Below are positions 18,980 to 28,498 of a stretch of 64,000 bases of DNA, piece after piece. Source of the DNA: a virus. Under the pieces are notes generated by a model. The model worked only from the letters and a program-made list of their open reading frames with translations, was not told the DNA's origin and made no database searches. The translations under genes were made by a program, and so were the position numbers. The first letter of the stretch is position 1; every line of letters starts with the position of its first letter. Where the stretch lies: IMG/VR virus record IMGVR_UViG_3300027741_000020; one strand, written 5' to 3'.

Positions 18980-20203
18980 ATGGCAAATTCAAAATTATTG
19001 AAAGAAGCAATCGCTGATGCCAAAGCCGTTAAAGAAACTGCTTTAGCAAACGCAAAACTCGCTCTTGAAGAAGCATTTACTCCAAGACTACAATCTATCT
19101 TATCTCAAAAGATGAGACAAGAAGCAGAAATGGAAGATGATGACACTGAACAAGTAGATGAGGAATTAGATTCATCTGACATTGGAACAAAGGTAGGTCA
19201 AGACAAAGCTGATACTCCTGCAAAACAACCAACATTAGATGCTGATACTGAATTAGCACCGGGTATGAAAAAATCCACTGCTAAAAGAGGTCTTGAAGAT
19301 CCAAACAGAACAATCGTAGACACTCTCATGGAAGATGAAATGGGAATGGAAGATGAAAAGGATCAAGAAATCGCTGAATTACGTGCTCGTTTAGCAGAGC
19401 TTGAAGGAGATGATGAAACTCCTGAAGGCGATGAAAATTATGGCATGGAAGATGAAGGCGATGATATGGGTATGGATTCTGACGAAGACGGTGAAGATTA
19501 TGATGTTACCGGCGACGAAGATGAGGATACCGAAGAAGATGACATGGACTTAGAATCTATCATTCGTGAATTAGAAGCTCAACTTGGAGACGAGGAAGGC
19601 GATAAAGAAGAAGAAGATGAAAGTTCAATGTATGAGGATTATGCAGACGGTTCTGATGCCGGAACTGATAAATCCGAAGATCCTAAAGTAGTAACAAACG
19701 AAGATGAAGAAGAAAAGGATGATGTAATCGACTTAGAAGAAATTCTTCGTGAAATGGAAGCTGACTTAAAAGATGAAGAGGAAATGAAAAACCCAGCTGA
19801 AGCTGAAAAAGATGGAGCTCTTACAGCTGAGTTAAAACAAGCTTACAGCACAATCAAATCGTTACAAGGAACAATCAATGAAGTTAATTTACTTAACGCT
19901 AAATTATTGTTCGCAAACAAATTATTCAGAGCACATAACATGACTAACGAACAAAAAGTTAAAGTTATCGAAACTTTGGATAGAACAAAATCGGTTAGAG
20001 AAGTTAAATTGGTTTACTCTACATTAGCAGAGAATTTCAAATATGTACCATCTAACAAAACTGTTAAAAAAGCAATCTCTGAAGGATTCGCAGCTAGCAA
20101 AATAGTTAAATCAACTAAACCAGCTGTAGCACAAAAACAAGTAATAAATGAAAGTGCTGTGATTTCTGATAGATTTAAAAAATTAGCAGGTATTATTAAA
20201 TAA
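18980..20203 (+). CDS. prohead scaffold/core protein (T4 gp22-like)
   Basis: Very acidic coiled-coil protein immediately before the major capsid gene; LLKEAIADAKAVKETA and EVNLLNAKLLF motifs. Confidence 0.85.
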   Translation: MANSKLLKEAIADAKAVKETALANAKLALEEAFTPRLQSILSQKMRQEAEMEDDDTEQVDEELDSSDIGTKVGQDKADTPAKQPTLDADTELAPGMKKSTAKRGLEDPNRTIVDTLMEDEMGMEDEKDQEIAELRARLAELEGDDETPEGDENYGMEDEGDDMGMDSDEDGEDYDVTGDEDEDTEEDDMDLESIIRELEAQLGDEEGDKEEEDESSMYEDYADGSDAGTDKSEDPKVVTNEDEEEKDDVIDLEEILREMEADLKDEEEMKNPAEAEKDGALTAELKQAYSTIKSLQGTINEVNLLNAKLLFANKLFRAHNMTNEQKVKVIETLDRTKSVREVKLVYSTLAENFKYVPSNKTVKKAISEGFAASKIVKSTKPAVAQKQVINESAVISDRFKKLAGIIK

Positions 20204-20225
20204 TCAAAATAAAAATTAAATTAAA

Positions 20226-21860
20226 ATGAACTTAACAAAATTAATGACAGGTGCTAACCCACAAAGCATTATGCTTGAACAAACTAGAGGTTTGAAAGCA
20301 AAGTGGGAAAGAACTGGTTTACTTGAAGGAGTAGGCGCAGAATCAACTAAGCATGGTATGGCAGTAATGCTTGAAAACCAAGCTAAACAATTACTTGATG
20401 AGGCTACCCGTACAGGTACAGCAGCAGGTTCAGAAGAATGGGCAGGTGTAGCTCTTCCGTTAGTAAGACGTATCTTTGGTAGCATTGCTGCAAAAGAGTT
20501 CGTTTCAGTACAACCGATGAACTTACCTTCTGGTCTTATTTTCTATATGGATTTCAAATATAGTACAGCAACAGCACAAAACCAACCAGCTTCTGGTTCT
20601 TCTTTGTATGGTGCAGGCGGTGCATTTGGACAAGATTCATTAAACGCATCTGGTAACAAACTTGGATCAACACAAGATACAACTGGTGGTTTATATGGAG
20701 CTGGTCGTTTTGGATATACTGTTAATGACCAAACTACAACAGGTATTACGGCTACATTATTGACTGCATCTTTAGCAGATATTGCGTTTGATTTAACAAA
20801 CACAACTTTATCTTCTTCTGTAGCAGCAGGTACGGCTAGAAAAATGACTGTATTAACAAGTACTTTAACTAATCCAGACCTTAATGCTGTTAGAACATTC
20901 TCAATATCTGGTTCAGGTACAAACTTTGCATACTATCCGCAGTTTACCGCAACTAGTGGTTCAGGCGCTGGTACGGCTATCGTTTTCCTTGCAACAGGTG
21001 TAACTGCAACTGGTACGCAAACTGTAGGTGTATCTTTCAATGCACAACCTACCGCTGCAAACCGTGGTGATTTTGAAGATAGAACAGGCGCTGATATTGT
21101 TATTCCAGAAATTGAATTGGAATTAAAATCAGAACCAATCGTTGCTAAAACTCGTAAGTTAAAAGCAATTTGGACTCCTGAACTTGCACAAGATTTGAAC
21201 GCATATCACTCAATTGACGCTGAAGCTGAATTAACTCAAATGTTAAGTGAGTACATCTCTTTGGAAATCGACTTAGAAATCCTTGAAATGTTACAATTAA
21301 ACGCTTTAACAGTTGATTATTGGTCTGCTCGTGTTGGATACGATTACAACTCTTCTACCACCTCTTTCGCAGTTGATACTAACGCAGTTCAAGCATCGGC
21401 TTATAACAAATCAACATGGTTCCAGACTTTGGGTATTAAATTACAAAAAGTTTCTAACAAAATTCACCAATTAACAATGCGTGGTGGAGCAAACTTCATA
21501 GTTGCATCTCCAAACGTATGTACAATTCTTGAATCAATGAACGGATTTGCATCTAACCCTGGTAAAGATGCTCTTCAATTCGCAGCAGGTGTATCACAAA
21601 TTGGTGCAATCTCTAATCGTTTTGATGTTTATAAGAACCCGTATATGACGGAAAACGTTATCTTATTAGGCTTTAAAGGAAGTAACTTCTTTGAAACAGG
21701 TGCTGTATATGCTCCATATGTTCCATTGATTATGACTCCTTTAGTGTACGACCCAACTAACTTCACTCCTAGACGTGGAGTTATGACTCGTTACGCTAAG
21801 AAGATAGTTAGACCCGAATTTTACGGTAAAATCGTAATCGAAGGTTTGAACACTCTTTAA
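20226..21860 (+). CDS. major capsid protein (T4 gp23-like)
   Basis: VSVQPMNLPSGLIFY, KTRKLKAIWTPELAQDLNAYH, EISLEIDLEI, YAPYVPL...P.NFTPRRGVMTRYA. Confidence 0.98.
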   Translation: MNLTKLMTGANPQSIMLEQTRGLKAKWERTGLLEGVGAESTKHGMAVMLENQAKQLLDEATRTGTAAGSEEWAGVALPLVRRIFGSIAAKEFVSVQPMNLPSGLIFYMDFKYSTATAQNQPASGSSLYGAGGAFGQDSLNASGNKLGSTQDTTGGLYGAGRFGYTVNDQTTTGITATLLTASLADIAFDLTNTTLSSSVAAGTARKMTVLTSTLTNPDLNAVRTFSISGSGTNFAYYPQFTATSGSGAGTAIVFLATGVTATGTQTVGVSFNAQPTAANRGDFEDRTGADIVIPEIELELKSEPIVAKTRKLKAIWTPELAQDLNAYHSIDAEAELTQMLSEYISLEIDLEILEMLQLNALTVDYWSARVGYDYNSSTTSFAVDTNAVQASAYNKSTWFQTLGIKLQKVSNKIHQLTMRGGANFIVASPNVCTILESMNGFASNPGKDALQFAAGVSQIGAISNRFDVYKNPYMTENVILLGFKGSNFFETGAVYAPYVPLIMTPLVYDPTNFTPRRGVMTRYAKKIVRPEFYGKIVIEGLNTL

Positions 21861-21884
21861 TAGTATTTAGAGTATTATAAGTAG

Positions 21885-21913
21885 AAGGGAGAAGAAATTC
21901 TCCCTTTTATTTT
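21885..21913 (+). terminator. intrinsic terminator after the major capsid gene
   Basis: aagggagaa-gaaa-ttctccctt stem-loop followed by ttatttt. Confidence 0.85.
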
Positions 21914-21941
21914 GCCTTTTCCATAAAATTCCGTATATTTA
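21911..21941 (+). promoter_or_regulatory. promoter for the GIY-YIG gene (host-type, overlapping the late motif)
   Basis: TTTG (21911-21914), 19 nt, then TATATTTA(TA). Confidence 0.5.
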
Positions 21942-21955
21942 TATAAAATAGTTTT

Positions 21956-22513
21956 ATGGATATTATATACAAACTCACATCGCCAAAAGGTAAAGTTTAC
22001 ATTGGTAGGACGAATGATTTTCAAACAAGATTGAATCAACATAAGCATAATGCTATGATTAATAGAAAATCAAATTCTTTATATAGAGCAATTCGTAAAT
22101 ATGGTTGGGATAATTTTAAAAAAGAAATACTATGCGAAGTTGATGCCGATATTTCTCAAAAAATAGAAGAAGAATTGATAATCGCATATAATTCAGTAAA
22201 AACTGGGTATAATGATACATACGCCGGTGGGGGTGGTAATTTATGGAAAGATAGAAAAGATACGAATGAGTATACGGAATTTGTTGAAAAAATGAAAAAA
22301 ATAAATCAATCAAATAGAATGCATGGCAAAACTCATTCAGATAATACAAAGGAACTACAAAAAGAAAAAGCAAAGGGTAGATACTCATTAGATTGGTTTA
22401 TAGATAGGAATGGCGATACCGAAGGAACCCGATTATACGAAGAAAGGCGCCAGTGGTTAAAGAACAGAAACTTATTAAAAGATGCTAATGGAAGATTTAT
22501 AAGTAGTTCTTAA
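21956..22513 (+). mobile_element. free-standing GIY-YIG homing endonuclease
   Basis: MDIIYKLTS...KVYIGRT...R..QH, a conserved E and GYN, followed by a basic NUMOD-like tail (MHGKTHSDNTK). Confidence 0.85.
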
Positions 22514-22560
22514 TAATTTTTATATTTATAAGAGAATAATAATCATAATTCTCAAATTAT

Positions 22561-23736
22561 ATGTCTTTAAACTTAAAATGGCCTGGAAGTGGTTCTGCTA
22601 TATTTGGCAATACTCCATTTGCACTATACGATGATGACTCTGATTTTCAAAATGAAGGACCAAGAATGGCAGTATGGTGTGCCAAGCGATTAGGATATCC
22701 GATTATTGATGTCGAATTAATAGATGAACAATTCTATGCATGCTTTGAAGAAGCAGTATCGGAGTATTCGGCACAGGTAAATCAGTTTAATATCCGAAAC
22801 AATCTTGATAAACTAATAGGTAGAAAATCTGGAACAAATTATACTCAAAAATTAGTTGAAGGCTCGGCGATAGTATCTGCGTTTCGTATGTCGCAAGCAT
22901 ATGGTACATTGGTCGGTGCTGGTGGCCCAACGGATTATAAAAAAGCTTATATAAAATTACAACCATCTGTACAAACTTATGATTTAACACAAACAACATT
23001 TGATGCCACTACCAACGAACCACTCGATGCTGATATTATTAGGGATGTTGTTAAGGTGTATTATGATGCACCACCCGCTATTACTCGTTTCTTTGACCCA
23101 TATTCAGTCGGTGCACAAGGTACGTTAAACCTAATTAGTGAGTTGGGATTTGGTAACTATTCGCCCGCTGCACAATTCTTAATGATGCCACTTTATGAAG
23201 ATGTATTAAGAATGCAACAAATTGAATTTAATGATACAATTCGTAAATCGGCATATACATTTAATATAGTAAATAATACAATTACGGTATTTCCAGTTCC
23301 ATCAAAAATGTCGCCATCATTAACACGACTTTATTTTGACTATTTTGAAAGAGAAAGTTTTGAAAATAACTCTACAATTGTAAAAGGAAGTGTGGTATCC
23401 GATTATTCCGATATTAAATACGACTTTATTCAATATGCTAATATAAATGATGTTGGAAGACAATGGATACGAAAATATACATTAGCATTATCAAAAGAAT
23501 TACTTGGTGCAATTAGAGAAAAGTATAATGAAATCCCAGTACCAGATGCAACTATTTCATTAGATGGTGCAGCTTTAAGAAGTGAGGCTCAAGTTGAGAA
23601 AGATAACTTAGTGACACAATTAAGAGAAAACCTTGAAGAGTTGACGAGAGCAAAGCAATTGGAAAACAGAAAAAATGAAGTAGAAGTACATCAAGAAATG
23701 TTAAAAGCAATACCACTTAAAATATATGTAGGATAA
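22561..23736 (+). CDS. neck/head-tail adaptor protein (gp13-like)
   Basis: Position after the capsid gene; LGYPIIDVEL and WIRKYTLALSKELLG...LDG motifs typical of T4-like neck proteins. Confidence 0.75.
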   Translation: MSLNLKWPGSGSAIFGNTPFALYDDDSDFQNEGPRMAVWCAKRLGYPIIDVELIDEQFYACFEEAVSEYSAQVNQFNIRNNLDKLIGRKSGTNYTQKLVEGSAIVSAFRMSQAYGTLVGAGGPTDYKKAYIKLQPSVQTYDLTQTTFDATTNEPLDADIIRDVVKVYYDAPPAITRFFDPYSVGAQGTLNLISELGFGNYSPAAQFLMMPLYEDVLRMQQIEFNDTIRKSAYTFNIVNNTITVFPVPSKMSPSLTRLYFDYFERESFENNSTIVKGSVVSDYSDIKYDFIQYANINDVGRQWIRKYTLALSKELLGAIREKYNEIPVPDATISLDGAALRSEAQVEKDNLVTQLRENLEELTRAKQLENRKNEVEVHQEMLKAIPLKIYVG

Positions 23737-23737
23737 T

Positions 23738-24193
23738 ATGCCAAAATTTATATCAAATCGAGATGTTGCATTTTTTAAAGGTATAGCTAGAGAAGTAGTC
23801 GATGCCGTAGTACAAAATGCTATTGTATTATATAAAGTAAATTTAACAGAAACACGCGTAAATTTATATGGCGAGTCTATGAATAAGACATGGCATAAGG
23901 GTGTACAACTATATGCATTAATAAATAAAGACCCCGAATCTGCAAGATACGAAGGGTTTGGCCCAGAAACTGATCAGAATATAGAGTTCCGATTGGATAG
24001 ATGGATGTGTGAAGAAAAGAATACATATCCTGAAATTGGTGATGTTATATTTTTTAATGAGGCATATTTTGAAATTGATAATACAACTGAAATACAATAT
24101 AGTGGTGGATTGCCAGAATTTAGTTTCAGTATCGTTTGTCAAACATTTATGGTTTCTAAATCTAATCTTAATATAGAAGCAAGAATAAACTAA
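23738..24193 (+). CDS. head closure/neck protein (gp14-like)
   Basis: NLYGES...PEIGDVIFF...FEID pattern; synteny. Confidence 0.65.
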   Translation: MPKFISNRDVAFFKGIAREVVDAVVQNAIVLYKVNLTETRVNLYGESMNKTWHKGVQLYALINKDPESARYEGFGPETDQNIEFRLDRWMCEEKNTYPEIGDVIFFNEAYFEIDNTTEIQYSGGLPEFSFSIVCQTFMVSKSNLNIEARIN

Positions 24194-24194
24194 T

Positions 24195-25292
24195 ATGGCA
24201 CAAAATCCTTTAAGAAAAACCGATAGAATATTTCAAATAAAACGTGAAGCAAACGATGTTAAGCAGAGCGTAACTTTATTTGATGTTGATTCTGCCATGC
24301 TCACATATTTGGAAGATGTTGTATTACCAAAATTAGACGATAATGGGATATCTATAAAGATACCAGTAATATATGGTAATTCGGAAAGATGGAACGGAGC
24401 TCGTAGACAAGGTGTATATAGAGATATACATGGTAAGATACAATTACCAATAATGATGTTACGAAGAACGACCATTGCAAAAAATGATTCAATGCCAATG
24501 TTAAACCGACATGTATCATATCAAGCCATTACGAGATGGTCTAAAGATAATCGTTATGATAGATTTGGACTAATGACAGGTGTATCGCCAAAATATGATA
24601 TTTATAATGTAACAATGCCAGACTATGTAGATATAAATTATGAATGTATGGGTTGGGCATCATTTACAGAGCAACTTAATACGATAGTTGAATCTTTAAC
24701 ATGGGCATCCGATGAATATTGGGGAGATAAAACAAAATTCAAATTTAATACAACTATTACTGATTACACAATTGTAAATGAAGTTGGCGAAGGTACTGAG
24801 CGTATTAATCGTGTAGAATTTAATTTGAATGTTAAAGCATATTTATTACCTGAACAATTTGATGGTGAAAGTACAACTAAAAAGGGATTCAACGTAAGCA
24901 AACTTATTATTTCAAATGAAGTGGATTTGACGGCAAATGGTAGATTGGAAAACCTTTTAGTAAATGAATCATCTTATAATTCAAATAAAGATGTTGTAGA
25001 CTATCTTGCCATAAATACAACAAATACCGCAACTGTATCGGTTGCAAATACAATAAATTTTTCTGTTATTAAACTAATCCCACCACCAGTTATTATAGCT
25101 GGCGGTATAACTACGAGTTTGACCGCAAATAGTATTGGATACGATATAAAAGTTTATAAAAATACAAATACTCTATTGACACAGGGTTCGGATTTTGTAG
25201 TAACATATACAAATAATAATTTGACATTTACAAGTCTAAATGCGGCAATTGGCGATACAATTACTATTATCGGTAAGTTTATAAATTTATAA
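24195..25292 (+). CDS. tail terminator/sheath stabiliser (gp15-like) with a C-terminal Ig-like extension
   Basis: IPVIYGNSERW and LPIMMLRR motifs; synteny after the neck genes. Confidence 0.65.
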   Translation: MAQNPLRKTDRIFQIKREANDVKQSVTLFDVDSAMLTYLEDVVLPKLDDNGISIKIPVIYGNSERWNGARRQGVYRDIHGKIQLPIMMLRRTTIAKNDSMPMLNRHVSYQAITRWSKDNRYDRFGLMTGVSPKYDIYNVTMPDYVDINYECMGWASFTEQLNTIVESLTWASDEYWGDKTKFKFNTTITDYTIVNEVGEGTERINRVEFNLNVKAYLLPEQFDGESTTKKGFNVSKLIISNEVDLTANGRLENLLVNESSYNSNKDVVDYLAINTTNTATVSVANTINFSVIKLIPPPVIIAGGITTSLTANSIGYDIKVYKNTNTLLTQGSDFVVTYTNNNLTFTSLNAAIGDTITIIGKFINL

Positions 25293-25319
25293 TAAAATAT
25301 TTATACATAAAATAATAAT

Positions 25320-25706
25320 ATGGCAGCTGGAAAATATAATTTTACAATAGAACAGGGAACAACTGTTAATTTTGAATTACAATATAAAAATGCAAGTGGT
25401 AGTGCTATTAATTTGACTGGTTATAGTGCTAGAATGCAAATAAGACCTGATTATGCAGATAATACAAAAACTTCATATCTTTATATATCAAGTTCTTTAA
25501 ATAGCGATGGGACGGGGCTTAATTTTAGCGGTTCAAGCAATCTAAATTCACCAACATCTGGAACGATAGGAGTATATATATCTGCCGCATCTTCATCGGC
25601 ATTACATTTTGATACGGCAGTATATGATTTGGAATTGCAAACCGGAAGTTTGGTAACAAGATTATTACAAGGTACAATAAAACTAAGTAAAGAAGTAACA
25701 CGTTAA
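25320..25706 (+). CDS. small beta-sandwich virion/fibre-attachment protein
   Basis: YNFTIEQGTT...INLTGYSARMQIR...AVYDLEL...RLLQG pattern; precedes the fibre genes. Confidence 0.6.
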   Translation: MAAGKYNFTIEQGTTVNFELQYKNASGSAINLTGYSARMQIRPDYADNTKTSYLYISSSLNSDGTGLNFSGSSNLNSPTSGTIGVYISAASSSALHFDTAVYDLELQTGSLVTRLLQGTIKLSKEVTR

Positions 25707-25708
25707 CA

Positions 25709-27622
25709 ATGGCAGATACATCATTAAATATAATATCATCGGATGCAAATTCGGTATCGGTGACAAGTCAAAATAGCTCTGTTACTATTAATACGAATGG
25801 AGTTACCAATGATATAACAATTCCAGCATCGGAAATATCCACTGTGCGAATTGTAACAGTCGGCCCACCAGGCCCAACGGGCCCACCTGGATCATCCGGT
25901 GGAGCAGGTTCGGGATTCCCCTTTTCAGGAAGCGGAGTTATAAGCGGTAGTTTACTTATATCTGGTAGTGGATTAATTGTAACGGGATCTATATTTGTAA
26001 CAAACGGATTTACAGGATCATTGTTTGGTACAGCTAGTTGGGCCACAAACTTTGTATCTGCTTCGTATTATGTTTTAAATAATCAGACTAGTTCATTTAT
26101 AACAAGCGGAAGTATTGGAATAACTCAAACAATAAGTGGTAGCTTAGCAATAAGTCAAAACTTAACAATGTTGGGCACATCATCAATTATATATGGCACA
26201 GCATCAAATTCATTAACTGCTTCTTATATAACCCCATTAAGTCAAAGTGTTATTATAACTGGTTCAATAACACTTGCTGGTGGTTCTAGATTAACAAATC
26301 AGTATGATTATTCCAGTATTGATATACAAGCGGGCCCAGGAGGATATGTGGAATTATTATCAAATAATACACAAACATCTATTTGGGTTACTGATGAAAA
26401 TGCAAATATTATCACATCAGCTGGAGATTATTATTGGGGATTTAACAAAGATGGTACAACAACGATACCAGGCGGAGTAAATATTAGCGGTAGCCAAACA
26501 ATAACAGGTTCATTAAGTGTAACCACAGGTATAACTGGATCATTGTTTGGTACAGCAAGTTGGGCTAGAAACTTTGTATCGGCTTCGTATTACGTTTTAA
26601 ATAATCAGACTAGTAGCTTTGTTCAAAATTCACAGACTAGCTCATTCTTATTAAATAGTGTTACAAGTTCGATGCTATCTTTGTATGTACAAAATAGTTA
26701 TACATCATCTGTCAATACTTCTATAAGTAACTTAAATACTACAACTGCAAGTTTAAATACTTCTATAAGTAACTTAAATACTACAACTGCAAGTTTAAAT
26801 ACTTCTATAAGTAACTTAAATACATTCACCGCATCTGTTATAGTAAATTATGTAGCAAATACACAAACTGGCTCATTTGTAACAAATTCAAAAACAGGTT
26901 CATTCATAACAATCGGAAGTAGCGGAATAACTCAAACAATAAGTGGTAGCTTGGTAATAAGTCAAAACTTAACGGTGTTGGGTAGTTCATCGATTGTATA
27001 TGTTACATCTTCTCAATTAAATATTAGTACAAACATAATTACTGTAAATACTTCAACTCCCGCAATAAGATTTGGAGGATTAGCAGTTTACGATTCGGGA
27101 TCAACAGGTAAAACGGGATCTATATTATGGGATAGTCAAAACGATCAATGGATATATAGTAACCCATCGGGTGCACTTTATGATGGTGCCTTATTTTTAG
27201 TAGGACCAAGAAACAATACTGGTATGGGTAATGAATCCCCAATCAATATAGGGTATGCAGCTGTAGGGGATGGTGGACATCATATGACTTCATCCTTAAT
27301 TTATAATAGTGGCTCTTTAATACGATTGGAAACTAATACTCAAATAACGGGATCACTCAATGTATCGAATGGTATAACCGGTTCACTACAATCATTAAAA
27401 GCGGCATCTGGATCTGTAGCATCTTTTAGTGGTACTCCAAGGATATCAAGCGTAACATTCACATCTACATTTGCAAATAATTTATATGCAGTAAATGTAA
27501 TTGGAGAAGATGCAAGAATGTGGACAATAGAATCAAAAACATCAGCAGGATTCACAATAAATTCAAATTCATCAGTTGCATTAACGGGTCCAGTATATTG
27601 GATAGCAACATCATATAATTAA
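25709..27622 (+). CDS. tail fibre/whisker protein
   Basis: Short collagen-like GPPGPTGPP, many [IV][TS]GSL repeats, a 14-aa coiled-coil tandem repeat and internal duplications. Confidence 0.75.
   Translation: MADTSLNIISSDANSVSVTSQNSSVTINTNGVTNDITIPASEISTVRIVTVGPPGPTGPPGSSGGAGSGFPFSGSGVISGSLLISGSGLIVTGSIFVTNGFTGSLFGTASWATNFVSASYYVLNNQTSSFITSGSIGITQTISGSLAISQNLTMLGTSSIIYGTASNSLTASYITPLSQSVIITGSITLAGGSRLTNQYDYSSIDIQAGPGGYVELLSNNTQTSIWVTDENANIITSAGDYYWGFNKDGTTTIPGGVNISGSQTITGSLSVTTGITGSLFGTASWARNFVSASYYVLNNQTSSFVQNSQTSSFLLNSVTSSMLSLYVQNSYTSSVNTSISNLNTTTASLNTSISNLNTTTASLNTSISNLNTFTASVIVNYVANTQTGSFVTNSKTGSFITIGSSGITQTISGSLVISQNLTVLGSSSIVYVTSSQLNISTNIITVNTSTPAIRFGGLAVYDSGSTGKTGSILWDSQNDQWIYSNPSGALYDGALFLVGPRNNTGMGNESPINIGYAAVGDGGHHMTSSLIYNSGSLIRLETNTQITGSLNVSNGITGSLQSLKAASGSVASFSGTPRISSVTFTSTFANNLYAVNVIGEDARMWTIESKTSAGFTINSNSSVALTGPVYWIATSYN
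26714..26823 (+). repeat. 42-nt in-frame tandem repeat (about 2.6 copies) encoding NTSISNLNTTTASL
   Basis: aatacttctataagtaacttaaatactacaactgcaagttta at 26714 and 26756, plus a partial copy at 26798. Confidence 0.95.
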
Positions 27623-27625
27623 AAT

Positions 27626-28063
27626 ATGGGAATTATAATAAATGGAACGCTTAACATAAACAATTTAAGTAAGACTAGTATTCGTAGTGAATATATACCG
27701 GTTTCAACCTACTTGGTGACTTACGATGCTGGATTATTAACAATACTAACCATTGGTAGTCTATCCGGTGCAAGACTCACCCCAGCCGCAAACAATATAA
27801 TAGTACCATTGGCACACCAATTTGATGCATCTTATACGGTTTATAGCGGATCTGCACCTCTAATTAATAACACACCAATAACACTAACGCTTAATAAGGG
27901 ACTGGCAGATACGGTATATAACGTAGGCATTGTGTATTATAATAAGAATGGAATTGCACAATCAACTTTAGCATTATCACCTGGAGCAGATAGTTATACA
28001 TTTAATGTTACTACTAATCAAAATGACTCAGTTGAATTTTATGTAAATACATTTAACGATTAA
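27626..28063 (+). CDS. hypothetical beta-rich tail-associated protein
   Basis: 145-aa ORF within the fibre cluster; M.I.ING start shared with the next ORF. Confidence 0.5.
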   Translation: MGIIINGTLNINNLSKTSIRSEYIPVSTYLVTYDAGLLTILTIGSLSGARLTPAANNIIVPLAHQFDASYTVYSGSAPLINNTPITLTLNKGLADTVYNVGIVYYNKNGIAQSTLALSPGADSYTFNVTTNQNDSVEFYVNTFND

Positions 28064-28075
28064 TTAAAAACCAAA

Positions 28076-28495
28076 ATGCCAATAAATATAAATGGATATT
28101 CTAGAATAAATCGGAACGGTAGTATTAACATAAATACCGACCCTATGTTTGGTGTGCTACCTACAAATTTGCAAGTTTCATCGGATAATAATCCATCAAA
28201 TGCACTTTATATAAGTTCGGTATCAATAGGAGGAGGGCCCGCCTATATTATTAAAACAGGAACTTTTCCAGTGTATGGCAATGATGCAGCTGGTAATACA
28301 TTTTTATATGGGCATCATTTTGGAGGAACATCCATAACTATCTATGAATATACCGGCACTGCTACTATACAATTATATATAAATGGTGTAGAAATAGCAG
28401 CTGATATTAATGTGTTTATAGATCCACACATCTATACCTATACATTTACAGAAACGGATATAATACAAATTTCATTCACATCAATTATTTATTAA
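28076..28495 (+). CDS. hypothetical beta-rich tail-associated protein
   Basis: 139-aa ORF within the fibre cluster. Confidence 0.5.
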   Translation: MPININGYSRINRNGSININTDPMFGVLPTNLQVSSDNNPSNALYISSVSIGGGPAYIIKTGTFPVYGNDAAGNTFLYGHHFGGTSITIYEYTGTATIQLYINGVEIAADINVFIDPHIYTYTFTETDIIQISFTSIIY

Positions 28496-28498
28496 CAT

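Noticed and set aside
26008-26620. Near-identical repeats in the fibre gene as a possible DGR template/variable repeat pair
   Set aside because: Differences are mostly synonymous and not adenine-specific, both copies are in frame in one ORF, and there is no reverse transcriptase in the window.
26714-26823. 42-nt direct repeats as a possible CRISPR array
   Set aside because: Head-to-tail repeats with no spacers, in frame within a coding region, and no cas genes.
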